A DNA stretch of 64,000 nucleotides, taken from positions 32,001 to 96,000 of the forward strand of contig JAWOEX010000024.1 in NCBI GenBank assembly GCA_046482545.1, given 5' to 3'. The position numbers and the translations under genes are program-made. Below the pieces are notes generated by a model. The model had not been told where the DNA came from. It saw nothing but the letters and a program-made list of their open reading frames with translations, and did no database searches. Shown here in pieces: positions 8,816-18,602 of the stretch (the first letter of the stretch is position 1; each line of letters begins with the position of its first letter). This DNA is from Candidatus Thorarchaeota archaeon. GTDB lineage: Archaea; Asgardarchaeota; Thorarchaeia; Thorarchaeales; Thorarchaeaceae.

Positions 8816-9316
8816 ATGGCGAGAAGAACAAAGAAAGTTGGCTCAACCGGTAGACTTGGCGCACGATATGGTTCACGACTTCGTCGAGCTGTCTATGAAA
8901 TAGAAGCCAGAAGGGCCGAGCCCCATCGTTGTCCTTCTTGTGCTACTCGTGCATTGAAGCGGAAAGCAGCTGGTCTCTGGATTTGTAGGAAATGCGGTCT
9001 CCGGTTTGCAGGTGGGGCCTATGTCCCATTCACTGATGCTGGGAAAGCTGCACAACGTGCTATTGCTCAGCGGATTAGTGGTGATTTCTTGACGTTGAAA
9101 GAAGAAGGCGAAGAGGAACTTGACTTCTTGCCCAATGTTGAAAGCGAGGAGATGACTGCCATGGAAGAAGCTATTGCTGCCAGTATCGAAGAAACTCCTG
9201 CAGCAGTTGAACCTACTCCTCTTCGAGTTGAGGAAGAAACGGTAGAAACCACCGAAGACGAGGAAGAAGAGGAAGACGAAGAAGAGGAAGTCATTCCTGA
9301 AGTTGGCGAGCTTTAA
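8816..9316 (+). CDS. rpl37ae: 50S ribosomal protein eL43 (L37Ae) with long acidic C-terminal extension
   Basis: 'GRLGARYG..LR', zinc ribbon CPSC...WICRKCG..FAGGAY; about 75 extra Glu-rich residues. Confidence 0.95.
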   Translation: MARRTKKVGSTGRLGARYGSRLRRAVYEIEARRAEPHRCPSCATRALKRKAAGLWICRKCGLRFAGGAYVPFTDAGKAAQRAIAQRISGDFLTLKEEGEEELDFLPNVESEEMTAMEEAIAASIEETPAAVEPTPLRVEEETVETTEDEEEEEDEEEEVIPEVGEL

Positions 9317-9340
9317 GTTTGAATAGCCAAGTGACCTAAT

Positions 9341-9895
9341 TTGACATCAGTTCTGATTACCACCTCACGTAGAACTTGTAATCGTGTTCGTAGTTTTGTT
9401 AGTGACCTGGCAGTTGCTTTTCCTGATAGCACCAGATTCAACAGGGGAAGTATGAACCTAGCCGAATTAGCAGGCCGAATCAGGGCTTCTGGAGCGAATG
9501 CAGCTCTTGTAGTCACGACCTACAAGGGGAACCCAGGCGAGATTCAGGTCTATGATTCCGACGGGAATCGTACTCACGTTATCAGAATTGACGGTGTGGT
9601 TCTGCGTAGAGATGTTGCACCCTCGTACAAGAGCAGAATCAAGGCTATTCATGAGCTGAGAGCCAAGAAGGATTCATCTCATCAAACGTCTTCTCTAGCT
9701 GAGCTTGTTGCTTCCTGGATTAATCGAGATGTTGTAGAAGCGGATTCAGCTCTACCTGTGGGTGCCTCTTCGAAAGGAGAGGTAATCTACTGGTTTGAGG
9801 ATCTCCCTGCTGGTGAAACACTCTGGACACTTCATCATGCCGCCAGCGGTATTGAAGTAGGCCCCAGAATCCGCATAGACCAAATCAAGACCTAA
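9341..9895 (+). CDS. Brix-domain ribosome biogenesis protein (Imp4-like)
   Basis: 'LITTSRR..NRVRSFVSDL...FNRGSMNL', 'KGNPG', 'GPRI'; conserved superoperon position. Confidence 0.88.
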   Translation: MTSVLITTSRRTCNRVRSFVSDLAVAFPDSTRFNRGSMNLAELAGRIRASGANAALVVTTYKGNPGEIQVYDSDGNRTHVIRIDGVVLRRDVAPSYKSRIKAIHELRAKKDSSHQTSSLAELVASWINRDVVEADSALPVGASSKGEVIYWFEDLPAGETLWTLHHAASGIEVGPRIRIDQIKT

Positions 9896-9964
9896 TGCTT
9901 TCTACATCATTACGGTCAAACACAATGCTCTTTTTGGCTAGTTGCTACAGTATATTGGCTGTCT

Positions 9965-10243
9965 GTGATGGACTCTGAAGTATCTGAGATTGATGCTGTT
10001 TTTACCATGGATTTTAAGACTGAACAGCTTGCGCAAACGATAGCGGGGGCCTTGGAACCTGAAACTCGGTCTATTGAATCCGAACGTGCCAACACAACAG
10101 TCAGTGTGGAAGGTTCAACACTACGGATTCATGTTTCTGCTGAGGATGTAACTTCTCTGCGTGCCGCTATGAACTCCTTTCTAGCTTGGGTTTCCAGCTC
10201 TACAAAATCGATGGATCTAGTTTTGTCTGACACTTCTCTCTAA
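9965..10243 (+). CDS. pcc1: KEOPS complex subunit Pcc1
   Basis: 'ALEPET', 'AEDVTSLRAAMNSFLAW'. Confidence 0.88.
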   Translation: MMDSEVSEIDAVFTMDFKTEQLAQTIAGALEPETRSIESERANTTVSVEGSTLRIHVSAEDVTSLRAAMNSFLAWVSSSTKSMDLVLSDTSL

Positions 10244-10337
10244 TTACACCGTAGAGTATCCATGCCAAAATCCTTAAGTTCCTACAAAGGTGCCGCACAT
10301 TGAATACCCCCTAGTTGTACTTAGGGAGAGAAATGTT

Positions 10338-10700
10338 ATGGCCCAGACTTTACCGCCGCAACTTGAAGACAAGCTCCGGAAATTTGAGAATATGCGCAAG
10401 AACCATGAGACGTTGCAGGCAATGGTTCAACAGCTCCAAGCACAGTTGAATGAGACCGAGGCAACACTTGACGAGCTGAAGGATCAGCCTGATGATACAA
10501 TCACATACAAGAATGTAGGTCAAGTTATGTTTCGTGTGGATAAGGCCGAGATTGTGGAAGAGCTCTCGGATAAGCAAGAGACACTCAGTATGAAGCTAAA
10601 GTCAACAAAGAAACAAAGAGATACTCTTCAAGAGAAACTCCAATCTCAGCAAGAAGAGATTCAACTTGAGCTTGGTAAGCACAATCTCCAGTTACAGTGA
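10338..10700 (+). CDS. pfdB: Prefoldin subunit beta
   Basis: Coiled coil with 'TYKNVGQVMF' beta hairpin; 'LPPQL' N-terminus; ATG at 10338. Confidence 0.92.
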   Translation: MAQTLPPQLEDKLRKFENMRKNHETLQAMVQQLQAQLNETEATLDELKDQPDDTITYKNVGQVMFRVDKAEIVEELSDKQETLSMKLKSTKKQRDTLQEKLQSQQEEIQLELGKHNLQLQ

Positions 10701-11005
10701 GTGACATGAGTGCAGTTCTTCGCATAGGTCTGCCGGAGCTAACAGAAGAGGATATAGCTAGCTTGGCAGAACTTTGTGAAAAACAAATTACCGGCTATAT
10801 CTTTGAAGAACTTGGCAGTAAGAGCATTGAAGAAATGACCGTTACTTGTATTCTCGAACTGGAGGATGGGTTACAGCTAGATGTCCAGATAGATATCGCG
10901 CAGAAATTTGAGACAGGACATGATTTGGATACTCTACTGGATGAAGCAACCCAAAATGGGGTCAAATGGTTGGAAAAACAATTGATGGAGATGAAAGATG
11001 ATTGA
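10697..11005 (+). CDS. DUF3194-like archaeal protein
   Basis: 'IGLPELTEEDI..LAE' N-terminus, acidic 102 aa, conserved position after pfdB. Confidence 0.7.
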   Translation: MSDMSAVLRIGLPELTEEDIASLAELCEKQITGYIFEELGSKSIEEMTVTCILELEDGLQLDVQIDIAQKFETGHDLDTLLDEATQNGVKWLEKQLMEMKDD

Positions 11006-11982
11006 GCATAAAGCCGCTGCTAGAGGGTGCAGACTCAGTCCTCATCATAGGCCATCAGAATGCTGATCCTGACGCAGTTGCATCAGTGATTGCTTTTAGC
11101 GAACTCTATAAGAACGTGAATCCTGCTGGAACTTCTGTTCTGGCGTGTACTGATGTCAGCAAATTATCACAACAAGTCATTGATACCTTTGCTCCTGAAA
11201 TCGAGATTCTCAAAGAGCCCGATACAGAACCAGACCTGGTTGTCCTTCTTGATACTAATAGTCGGGAACAAGTCAACGGAGTGCTAATGAACTACCTGAG
11301 TGAGCCATCAAAAACACTTGTCGTCGACCATCATGAGCCTAATCCAGCAATCGACGAGTTAGCCTCTCACGTTATTCAAGAGCCTGACAGCTCATCGACC
11401 TGTGAGCTTCTTGTGGGCATATTCTACGAGATGGAAGTCGAACCGTCGAAGATGGCGGCGAATCTTCTTCTAGCGGGTCTTCTCTTCGACACGCGCCGCT
11501 TCTTTTACACGGACAAGAAGACACTATTAGCTGCTATGGATTTGATAGAAGCAGGGGCTAACTATGAAGCATGTGTATCCTCTCTCATTATACGACCAGA
11601 ACGCTCTGAACGGATAGCTCGATTGAAGGCGGCTCAACGTACAAAAATCCATAAGATAGACGAATGGGTACTTGCTACATCAATAATCGGGGCCTTTGAG
11701 GCTAGTTCTTGTCGCGGACTAATCAGTTTGGGGGCTGATGTGGCTATCGTGGCTGGAAAACAGGCGAAGGATTCAGTGAGATTGAGCTCACGATCCACCA
11801 AGGAATTCTACAATAAAACTGGCGTGAATCTGGCGTCAGATGTCATGGAACCGGTAGGTCAAATTATTGGCGGGAAAGGCGGTGGTCACCCCAATGCGGC
11901 AGGAGCAAATGGAACGGGCCACCTCAAAAGGGCACTGAATAAGTCGGTAGAACTAATTAAGAAGGCAATACATACCGATTAA
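11002..11982 (+). CDS. DHH/DHHA1 family phosphoesterase
   Basis: 'HQNADPDAVAS', 'LLDT', 'DHH', 'GGGHPNAAG'. Confidence 0.92.
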   Translation: MSIKPLLEGADSVLIIGHQNADPDAVASVIAFSELYKNVNPAGTSVLACTDVSKLSQQVIDTFAPEIEILKEPDTEPDLVVLLDTNSREQVNGVLMNYLSEPSKTLVVDHHEPNPAIDELASHVIQEPDSSSTCELLVGIFYEMEVEPSKMAANLLLAGLLFDTRRFFYTDKKTLLAAMDLIEAGANYEACVSSLIIRPERSERIARLKAAQRTKIHKIDEWVLATSIIGAFEASSCRGLISLGADVAIVAGKQAKDSVRLSSRSTKEFYNKTGVNLASDVMEPVGQIIGGKGGGHPNAAGANGTGHLKRALNKSVELIKKAIHTD

Positions 11983-12007
11983 CATAACGGGAAGAGGACT
12001 GTTCTGA

Positions 12008-12850
12008 ATGCCGATTGTTTCGTTCAAGAATTTCAGCTTCAGGTATCTAGGATCCGAAGTTCTGGCATTACATGACATATCCCTGAACATAGACCAAGGA
12101 GAATACATTCTCGTTTCTGGTCCTTCTGGATGCGGTAAGACGACCTTCTGCAGGGCAATAAACGGTCTTATCCCACATTTTCACCGGGGGTACCTGTCAG
12201 GAGATGTTTTCGTTGCCTCTCAGAATACCAAGGAAAAATCGGTAGCGGAACTTGCGAAAACCGTCGGGATGGTTTTTCAGAATCCCAGCAATCAGCTGGT
12301 AACGCTTAACGTTGAAAAAGAGTTGGCTTTTGGTCCGGAAAATCTAGGTGTTCCCCCTGCTGAAATCCGGAAGAAAGTTGATGAAATGATTGAGCTACTT
12401 GACCTTGACCACTTGCGTGAAAAACATCCACACGAAATGTCCGGTGGGGAGCAACAGGCTGTGGCTTTGGCTGCAACACTTGCATTAGAGCCCGACATAC
12501 TGATAGCTGATGAGCCAACATCTAATCTTGATCCACAAAGCGCAGAACGAATCCTCGGAATTATTTCCTCGCTCAATAAGCAGGGGCTGACTGTAGTCTT
12601 AGTAGAGCACAGATTGGACATTGTCTCAAGTGATGCAACAAGGTTACTCCTCATGAATGATGGAGAAATTGTTGCAGATGGACCGCCAAGACAGGTGCTC
12701 GTTTCTGAGATATGTGAGGAGATTGGAGTTGGTATTCCAAAGGTTGTACAGGTCTACAAGCGGTTACGCAATCATGGTATCGATCTAGATAGAGTCCCCC
12801 TAAGCGGTGATGAATTAGCACGGTTGGCTAAGGAGGTATATATTTCATGA
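12008..12850 (+). CDS. ecfA1: ECF transporter ATPase A
   Basis: GPSGCGKTT, 'VFQNP', 'SGGEQQ', 'DEPTSNLDP'. Confidence 0.9.
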   Translation: MPIVSFKNFSFRYLGSEVLALHDISLNIDQGEYILVSGPSGCGKTTFCRAINGLIPHFHRGYLSGDVFVASQNTKEKSVAELAKTVGMVFQNPSNQLVTLNVEKELAFGPENLGVPPAEIRKKVDEMIELLDLDHLREKHPHEMSGGEQQAVALAATLALEPDILIADEPTSNLDPQSAERILGIISSLNKQGLTVVLVEHRLDIVSSDATRLLLMNDGEIVADGPPRQVLVSEICEEIGVGIPKVVQVYKRLRNHGIDLDRVPLSGDELARLAKEVYIS

Positions 12851-13671
12851 TACTAGTGGATAATGTTCATTATGCCTATGACGGCATCTACACAGCTCTA
12901 CAAGGTGTCTCACTTCAAATAGACTCTGGAGAGCGCATTGCCATTATGGGGGAAAACGGAGCTGGCAAAACAACCTTACTTAAGCATCTCAACGGTTTGC
13001 TTCGCCCGCAGAAAGGACACGTTTACTTGGACGGTAAAGATACCTCAAGGAGCTCAGTAGCCGAGCTTTCGAAAAAGGTCGGGTTGGTGTGGCAAAACCC
13101 AGATCTTCAGCTCTTTCTTAACAGCGTGGAGGAAGAGGTCATGTTTGGTCTGAGGAATTTGGGTTTAGATGAGGACGAATCCAAAGCCCGGTGTGAAGAG
13201 ACATTGGAATACCTGTTATTGACCCCTCTTCGTAATCGATCGCCCTTTTCCTTATCTGGTGGTGAACGAAAAAGAGTTGCACTTGCATCAGTTCTTGCGG
13301 TGGAGCCGCAGATTCTTGCGCTTGATGAACCAACTATTGGACAAGATGCCCGGCAGAAAGAGAAACTGGCTGAACTAATTATCCGCCTTAACAACAAAGA
13401 AAAGACCGTTATTGTGGTAACGCATGATACGGAATTTGTTATTGAACACTGTCCCAGAACTATCGCAATGGCGGACGGGAGAATTATTGCAGATGGCCCC
13501 ACTAGTTCGGTTTTGAGCAATTCTAAGGTTTTGGATTACTGCTCATTGTCTCCTCCTGAAATGACGAGAGCCGCCCGAGCTCTCAGTTCGATATTCGACC
13601 AAGTTCCTGACCGTTTGACCCAAGTTCCAGAGATAGAAGGGGCATTGTTGAGACTACTCGGAGGTGCCTGA
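12847..13671 (+). CDS. ecfA2: ECF transporter ATPase A'
   Basis: GENGAGKTT, 'LSGGERKRVALA', 'LDEPTIGQD'. Confidence 0.9.
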   Translation: MILVDNVHYAYDGIYTALQGVSLQIDSGERIAIMGENGAGKTTLLKHLNGLLRPQKGHVYLDGKDTSRSSVAELSKKVGLVWQNPDLQLFLNSVEEEVMFGLRNLGLDEDESKARCEETLEYLLLTPLRNRSPFSLSGGERKRVALASVLAVEPQILALDEPTIGQDARQKEKLAELIIRLNNKEKTVIVVTHDTEFVIEHCPRTIAMADGRIIADGPTSSVLSNSKVLDYCSLSPPEMTRAARALSSIFDQVPDRLTQVPEIEGALLRLLGGA

Positions 13672-14446
13672 GTTGGCATCAATGCTAGATGTCTTCCAAT
13701 ACACGAAGAAAGATTCGCCCATCCATAGACTTGATCCTCGTTCCAAGATGGTTTTCTCCATTGTATTTTCGGCGATTTCTCTCATGTTTCTCAACATTCT
13801 CCCTCTTCTTCTTCTCATTATTGTCCTCTTGCCTATCATCGCAGCGGCTAAATCATTGCAGAGATGGAGCAAGAGCATGCGGGGTCTTGCAGTTCTTATC
13901 CTATTTATTGTGGTTTTCAACACCCTCTTGTCAGCAGTGGACAATCCTTTCTCCCGCTCACTTGCTCTAGCGACTAGACTAGTTGCCCTCATGACTGCAT
14001 TCTCAGTATTTTTTCTCACAGTTCATCCTGATGAGCTCTCTCAGGCGCTCATTCAGATGCACGTGAAATTCGAGTTCGCGTTCGCTATGAGTATGGCCAT
14101 GCGATACGTCCCAACGCTTACACAAGAAGCCTATGCCATAATGGACGCTCAGAGGGCTAGGGGTGTTGAGCTTGATAAAGGAAACATCATCACGCGCGTT
14201 AAGAACACAGTACCCATAATTGTCCCGCTTATTATTGTGTCAATCAGAAGAGCTCTCTCGATAGCGGAGAGTATGGAATCTAGAGGTTTTGGAGCGTCTC
14301 AGAATCGTACATATTTGGAACGCCTCACTTTTGATACTCGAGACTGGGTTATCTCTATTCTTTCTGTGAGTCTCCTCATCCTAAGTGTGTATTTCAGATT
14401 CTTTGTAGGTTTACCTGAGTGGATGCTGTGGGGCTTCCCCTTCTGA
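13664..14446 (+). CDS. ecfT: ECF transporter transmembrane T component
   Basis: 'HRLDPRSK', 'AQRARG' and 'MESRGF' XRX motifs. Confidence 0.92.
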   Translation: MPELASMLDVFQYTKKDSPIHRLDPRSKMVFSIVFSAISLMFLNILPLLLLIIVLLPIIAAAKSLQRWSKSMRGLAVLILFIVVFNTLLSAVDNPFSRSLALATRLVALMTAFSVFFLTVHPDELSQALIQMHVKFEFAFAMSMAMRYVPTLTQEAYAIMDAQRARGVELDKGNIITRVKNTVPIIVPLIIVSIRRALSIAESMESRGFGASQNRTYLERLTFDTRDWVISILSVSLLILSVYFRFFVGLPEWMLWGFPF

Positions 14447-14788
14447 TTACTAGATAATCATATTTCAGGTTCACTGGAACAAATCCTATTCTCGCTCTAC
14501 TGTTCATTCTGAAAGGGGCTAATTTCAGAGAAATGGGTAAAGGGTGTAACTGATGCAAATTTTCCCTAGTGAGTATGTGCTATATCGGATGCAGTAATCC
14601 CAGTGTTCCGAGAACAACCGAGTGCCAAACACCTAAAGCGCAAACTCGACATAGAACAGTTTATTCGCCACATTCTTGGCTGGGCCTTAATTGAATGGTG
14701 ATTCAACTGCTCAACTTCATGTGCATACTATTTATGAATTAAGAGGCTGTATTATATACAAAGATGAAAGTCGTCTTGGTGATCAATT

Positions 14789-15370
14789 ATGACTGACTTA
14801 CTTGACAAAATGCCGATGAGGTCCCAGTACACTATAGAGCAGTTCTTGGAAGATTTAGAAAAAGTTGAGCCGACCCCAGGTACCGTTTATCGAGTTGGGA
14901 CAGAGCTGATATACTATGAATGGGCTAGTTGTAAGAGAGTCCGCGGAGAGGATGACCCGCTTACAAGGGAATTCAAGGAACTCCTTGACTTCTTCGAAGA
15001 AGATTATGAAGAGAAATTGATTAGAGGTGAATTGACTGAAAATGAGGAGACCCCGGCGTCTGTCATTGATGGTCTTATCGATCAGTTATCATCAGATTTA
15101 GCCAATACGGTGATTGGGCGGCCCGGTGATTACATCTATGACCTGCTTTTGGCTACACATAAGGCACGTCAAAAAGAAATCGTGGAATATTCCAACTTAG
15201 AGGAAGATGTACGTAAGGAAGTCAAAGAACACCCAGAGGATCCTGATGCTTGGAATGAGCTACGATTAGTTCTTTGGGTCCTAGCCGAATATGATGCAGC
15301 TAAGAAGGCCATGAAAAACGCACGGAAGCTTGGCTGGAATGCAGAGACATCCGAAATTGTTGCTCTCTAG
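14789..15370 (+). CDS. Hypothetical acidic protein with C-terminal TPR-like repeat
   Basis: 193 aa; 'PEDPDAWNELRLVLWVLAEYDAAKKAMKNA' resembles a TPR; GGTGA upstream. Confidence 0.65.
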   Translation: MTDLLDKMPMRSQYTIEQFLEDLEKVEPTPGTVYRVGTELIYYEWASCKRVRGEDDPLTREFKELLDFFEEDYEEKLIRGELTENEETPASVIDGLIDQLSSDLANTVIGRPGDYIYDLLLATHKARQKEIVEYSNLEEDVRKEVKEHPEDPDAWNELRLVLWVLAEYDAAKKAMKNARKLGWNAETSEIVAL

Positions 15371-15441
15371 TATCTGATTTGGATGAGTGGTATATCATAC
15401 CGTAGGATATCTTATCCTAAGAGCTAGGTTGGGCATAGCGT

Positions 15442-15798
15442 TCAGCAATTGACCTCAGGCACCTCATGTAGGAATGCCTGAAACTCCAAAGCACGCCCTT
15501 CCGGGTCCTCAGCGAACCACTGATAGATTCCGTACTTCTGATTCTCCTTCGGCTCTGTGTCTGCAATATCCTTCAGCTGATAATACATCTTGTCAACTTC
15601 TGCCTTGCTGTTGTAGTAGAAGGTTATCATACCCTCAGTTTCGGCTCCTTCTCGCTGACAAAAACCCAATAGCAGATTATGGTGACTGAGTATGGTACAG
15701 CCTGCTTGGTCTAGCCATATATTCATACCAATTCTACTTTGGTAGAACTCCACTATCTCATCGAGCATCTCTGTTCTGAAGAAAACAATGCCACCCAT
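15442..15798 (-). CDS. VOC/glyoxalase family protein
   Basis: 'EFYQSRIG', 'YQWFAEDPEGRALEFQ'. Confidence 0.85.
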   Translation of the reverse strand: MGGIVFFRTEMLDEIVEFYQSRIGMNIWLDQAGCTILSHHNLLLGFCQREGAETEGMITFYYNSKAEVDKMYYQLKDIADTEPKENQKYGIYQWFAEDPEGRALEFQAFLHEVPEVNC

Positions 15799-15815
15799 AG
15801 TATCCTCCCTCTTTC

Positions 15816-17876
15816 CTACTCCCTAAATTCTTCTTTAACGATGTTTTCGATAAGTCCTTCTTCTGGTACATATGGAATAGTAATCTGTCCTTTATCCGCT
15901 GACGCCTCATTCCAATTAATCGCAGTTTCAATAGCGTGAGAGTTGCGGGCCCAAGCTCTGCGCGCAATGCCTCCTGTAACGTCCCAATCTATTGCGGATT
16001 GGATGATTTTATCGACTCGTTCACTACCGTCCAGAACCAAACCAAATCCTCCGTTGATTGCTTTTCCTGTGCCAACGCCTCCGCCATTCGAGAGAACACA
16101 CATGGTCATGCCTCTAGCCGCATTTCCGGCCCAGCTCTGGTGTGCCATATCGCTTGTAATTCGGCTCCCGTCATAGATATTCGAGGTCTCTCGGAAGGGC
16201 GAATCTGTGGCACCGGTGTCATGGTGGTCCCGACCTAGCATAACCGGACCTATCTCACCCTTTCTGACAAGATCATTGAATTTTAGTGCAATCTCCTGGC
16301 GCCCCTGTCCATCTGTGTACAAGATCCGAGCCTGCGATCCTACAACCAAGTCGTTTTCATCGGCATCTCTGATCCAAGCGTAATTATCTCTGTCCTGTCC
16401 TCTGCGTTCGGGATTAATGAAAGACATCGCGGCTTTGTCCGTCTTAACTAAATCCGCGTGTTCTTGGCTCAGACACACCCATCGGAAAGGTCCATAGCCA
16501 TAGTCAAAGCACACTGGACCCATGATATCTTCAACGTAAGATGGGAAAATGAAACCGTCACTCGTATCTTCGCCGTTTTTCGCGATTTCTTTGACCCCTG
16601 CATCGAAAACAGCCTTCATGAAGCTGTTTCCATAATCCCAGAAATGCGTACCGCGCTCGGTCATTGTCTTTATGAATTCAAATTGTTTCCGAAGTGATTC
16701 ATTGACCAGTTGCTTGAACCTGCTGCGGTTAGCTTTGAGCAGTTCTCGTCCTTCCTCAAAGGACAGTCCTTGCGGAGTATACCCTCCATCGTATACTGCA
16801 TGACAGGAGGTCTGATCTGAGGCCAGTTCCACTTCGATGTTGTTTTTGACTACATATTCCCATAGGTCGACTATGTTGCCATAATAACCGATTGATACAG
16901 CTTCTTCCGACTTACGATATTTTCCCACCCAGTCGAAGATTTCATCCAAGTCATCAGACCACTCGGATAACCAGCCCTGTTCGCTGCGGGTATCAATTCT
17001 GCTCTTGTCTACTTCTGCAATGACACCAACGCCACCAGCAATTTCTACGGCTTTTGCTTGAGCACCACTCATGCCACCGAGACCGGAGGAAATGTACAGC
17101 TTACCAGCCAAATTCTGATCTTCTGGAACTCCAAGGTACAATCGTCCTGCGTTGAGAAGAGTGATGTAAGTTCCGTGAACTATTCCTTGGGGGCCTATAT
17201 ACATCCATCCCCCTGCAGTCATCTGACCATAATTCGCCACTCCCATTTCAGTGGCCCAGTGAAAATCCTCAGGCGTGTCGAACATGCCAACCATCAGCCC
17301 ATTGGTTAGAATTGCTCGCGGTGCATTTCGATGCGAGAGAAACAGGCCTACTGGATGGCCAGAGCTAACTACAAGTGTCTGTTCTTCAGTCATATTCTCT
17401 AGGTATTCCTTGATGAGTCTGTATTGTAGCCAGTTTTGACACACTTGGCCTGATTCACCATAGGTAACGAGCTCATATGGATAGAGAGCCACATCAAAAT
17501 CTAGATTGTTGTCAATCATGGCTTGGATTGCTCGAGCTTCTAGGATTCCTTTGTATTCCTCAACAGATTTCGCCTTAATTTCACCTGGTGGTCGATAACG
17601 GTATGCGTAGATTCTACCGCGTGTTTTCAACTCCTCAAGAAACTCTGGAGCGAGTTTCTCGTGGAGACTCTCGGGCACGTATCTGAGAGCATTTTTTACG
17701 GCAGTGACCGTATCCTCATAGTTGAGGTTGTACCCTCTATTAGGGGCACGTCTGATTGAAGGGTTGAACTCAGGGTATTCAGGAAGATCGTCTGGTAACC
17801 TAATCTTCATCGCTTTTGATGCATCGAACTCCAAAGGCTTCACCTTTCCAGCTTGTATCTTCCGTTCGTTGGTCAT
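15816..17876 (-). CDS. hutU: Urocanate hydratase (long form)
   Basis: 'NNLDFDVA..PYELVTYG', 'YGQMTAGGWMYIGPQGIVHGT', 'GLGGMSGAQ', 'DQTSCH', 'GRDHHD'. Confidence 0.96.
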   Translation of the reverse strand: MTNERKIQAGKVKPLEFDASKAMKIRLPDDLPEYPEFNPSIRRAPNRGYNLNYEDTVTAVKNALRYVPESLHEKLAPEFLEELKTRGRIYAYRYRPPGEIKAKSVEEYKGILEARAIQAMIDNNLDFDVALYPYELVTYGESGQVCQNWLQYRLIKEYLENMTEEQTLVVSSGHPVGLFLSHRNAPRAILTNGLMVGMFDTPEDFHWATEMGVANYGQMTAGGWMYIGPQGIVHGTYITLLNAGRLYLGVPEDQNLAGKLYISSGLGGMSGAQAKAVEIAGGVGVIAEVDKSRIDTRSEQGWLSEWSDDLDEIFDWVGKYRKSEEAVSIGYYGNIVDLWEYVVKNNIEVELASDQTSCHAVYDGGYTPQGLSFEEGRELLKANRSRFKQLVNESLRKQFEFIKTMTERGTHFWDYGNSFMKAVFDAGVKEIAKNGEDTSDGFIFPSYVEDIMGPVCFDYGYGPFRWVCLSQEHADLVKTDKAAMSFINPERRGQDRDNYAWIRDADENDLVVGSQARILYTDGQGRQEIALKFNDLVRKGEIGPVMLGRDHHDTGATDSPFRETSNIYDGSRITSDMAHQSWAGNAARGMTMCVLSNGGGVGTGKAINGGFGLVLDGSERVDKIIQSAIDWDVTGGIARRAWARNSHAIETAINWNEASADKGQITIPYVPEEGLIENIVKEEFRE

Positions 17877-18002
17877 AAAGCCTCTGTTCTAGAGATTGAG
17901 TCGTCACCGGTAGAAACTTCTGAAGACAACTATCCTACCTTTGAACTGCCCAAGAGAATCTACGGTTCTAGCTTGCTTCTTCTATGACTCCTAGTACCCC
18001 TC

Positions 18003-18443
18003 CTACTGGTTCTGGTCTTCATCTTCCCCTAATCCATTCCTTCGATTTGGAGCCATTTTCCCTTCCAAAACTTGATAATCCACGTGAAGTCCCTCGGTTT
18101 TCCACCAGATTTCCTGCAAATACTGCACATAGCCGCGAGTTACCTTGTCTTCTTTGAACTTGTTGTCGCTAACACAATCATACTCTTTTGTCAGACATTT
18201 TACACACCATCGACAATCTGACCAGAGTGTAACATGCTTATCGTCTAGATCAAGCGATTTGACCCTATCCAACGCCCTCAGAATAGCCATTAGCTTCATC
18301 TGTCTGCCTGTCGTTCCGCTGGAAGTGCCCTTGTCTGAAATCTTGAGCGGTTCTTGGGTGATTAAATCATCGTATTCGATGTGGTAGACCCATTTGCCAT
18401 ATCCTGCGGTACAGTCACCACTCGTCCACACTTTGACAACCAC
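18003..18443 (-). CDS. RNase H-fold protein, catalytic residues largely lost
   Basis: 'VWTSG' for YTDG, 'TTGRQMKLMAILRAL' for TNNRMELxAxxxAL, 'VTLWSDC'. Confidence 0.65.
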   Translation of the reverse strand: MVVKVWTSGDCTAGYGKWVYHIEYDDLITQEPLKISDKGTSSGTTGRQMKLMAILRALDRVKSLDLDDKHVTLWSDCRWCVKCLTKEYDCVSDNKFKEDKVTRGYVQYLQEIWWKTEGLHVDYQVLEGKMAPNRRNGLGEDEDQNQ

Positions 18444-18602
18444 GGTACTATCACCCTTAACGCAATAATACCACCTATCTACATGAGTATTGTTTCTTTG
18501 CGTTTTAGTGAGACTGAACGATTAGCCATCAGAAATAGACTCGTTGAGCACACTTACCTATGCTGAGGTAAGATGCTGTCCCCTTCCTACTGTAGGAGCC
18601 AC

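Noticed and set aside
9200-9300. GAA/GAG-rich low-complexity repeat
   Set aside because: Simply encodes the poly-Glu tail of eL43.
14460-14580. TPP-riboswitch-like words (CTGAAA, CCCTTT, GAACCTGA) and a tctgaaa/tttcaga hairpin
   Set aside because: Order and spacing do not fit the consensus, and it lies downstream of and antisense to the ECF genes.
15420-15447. TGC-TGA end of the VOC gene as possible Cys-Sec readthrough
   Set aside because: The domain is already complete, readthrough adds only a few residues, and no SECIS is evident.
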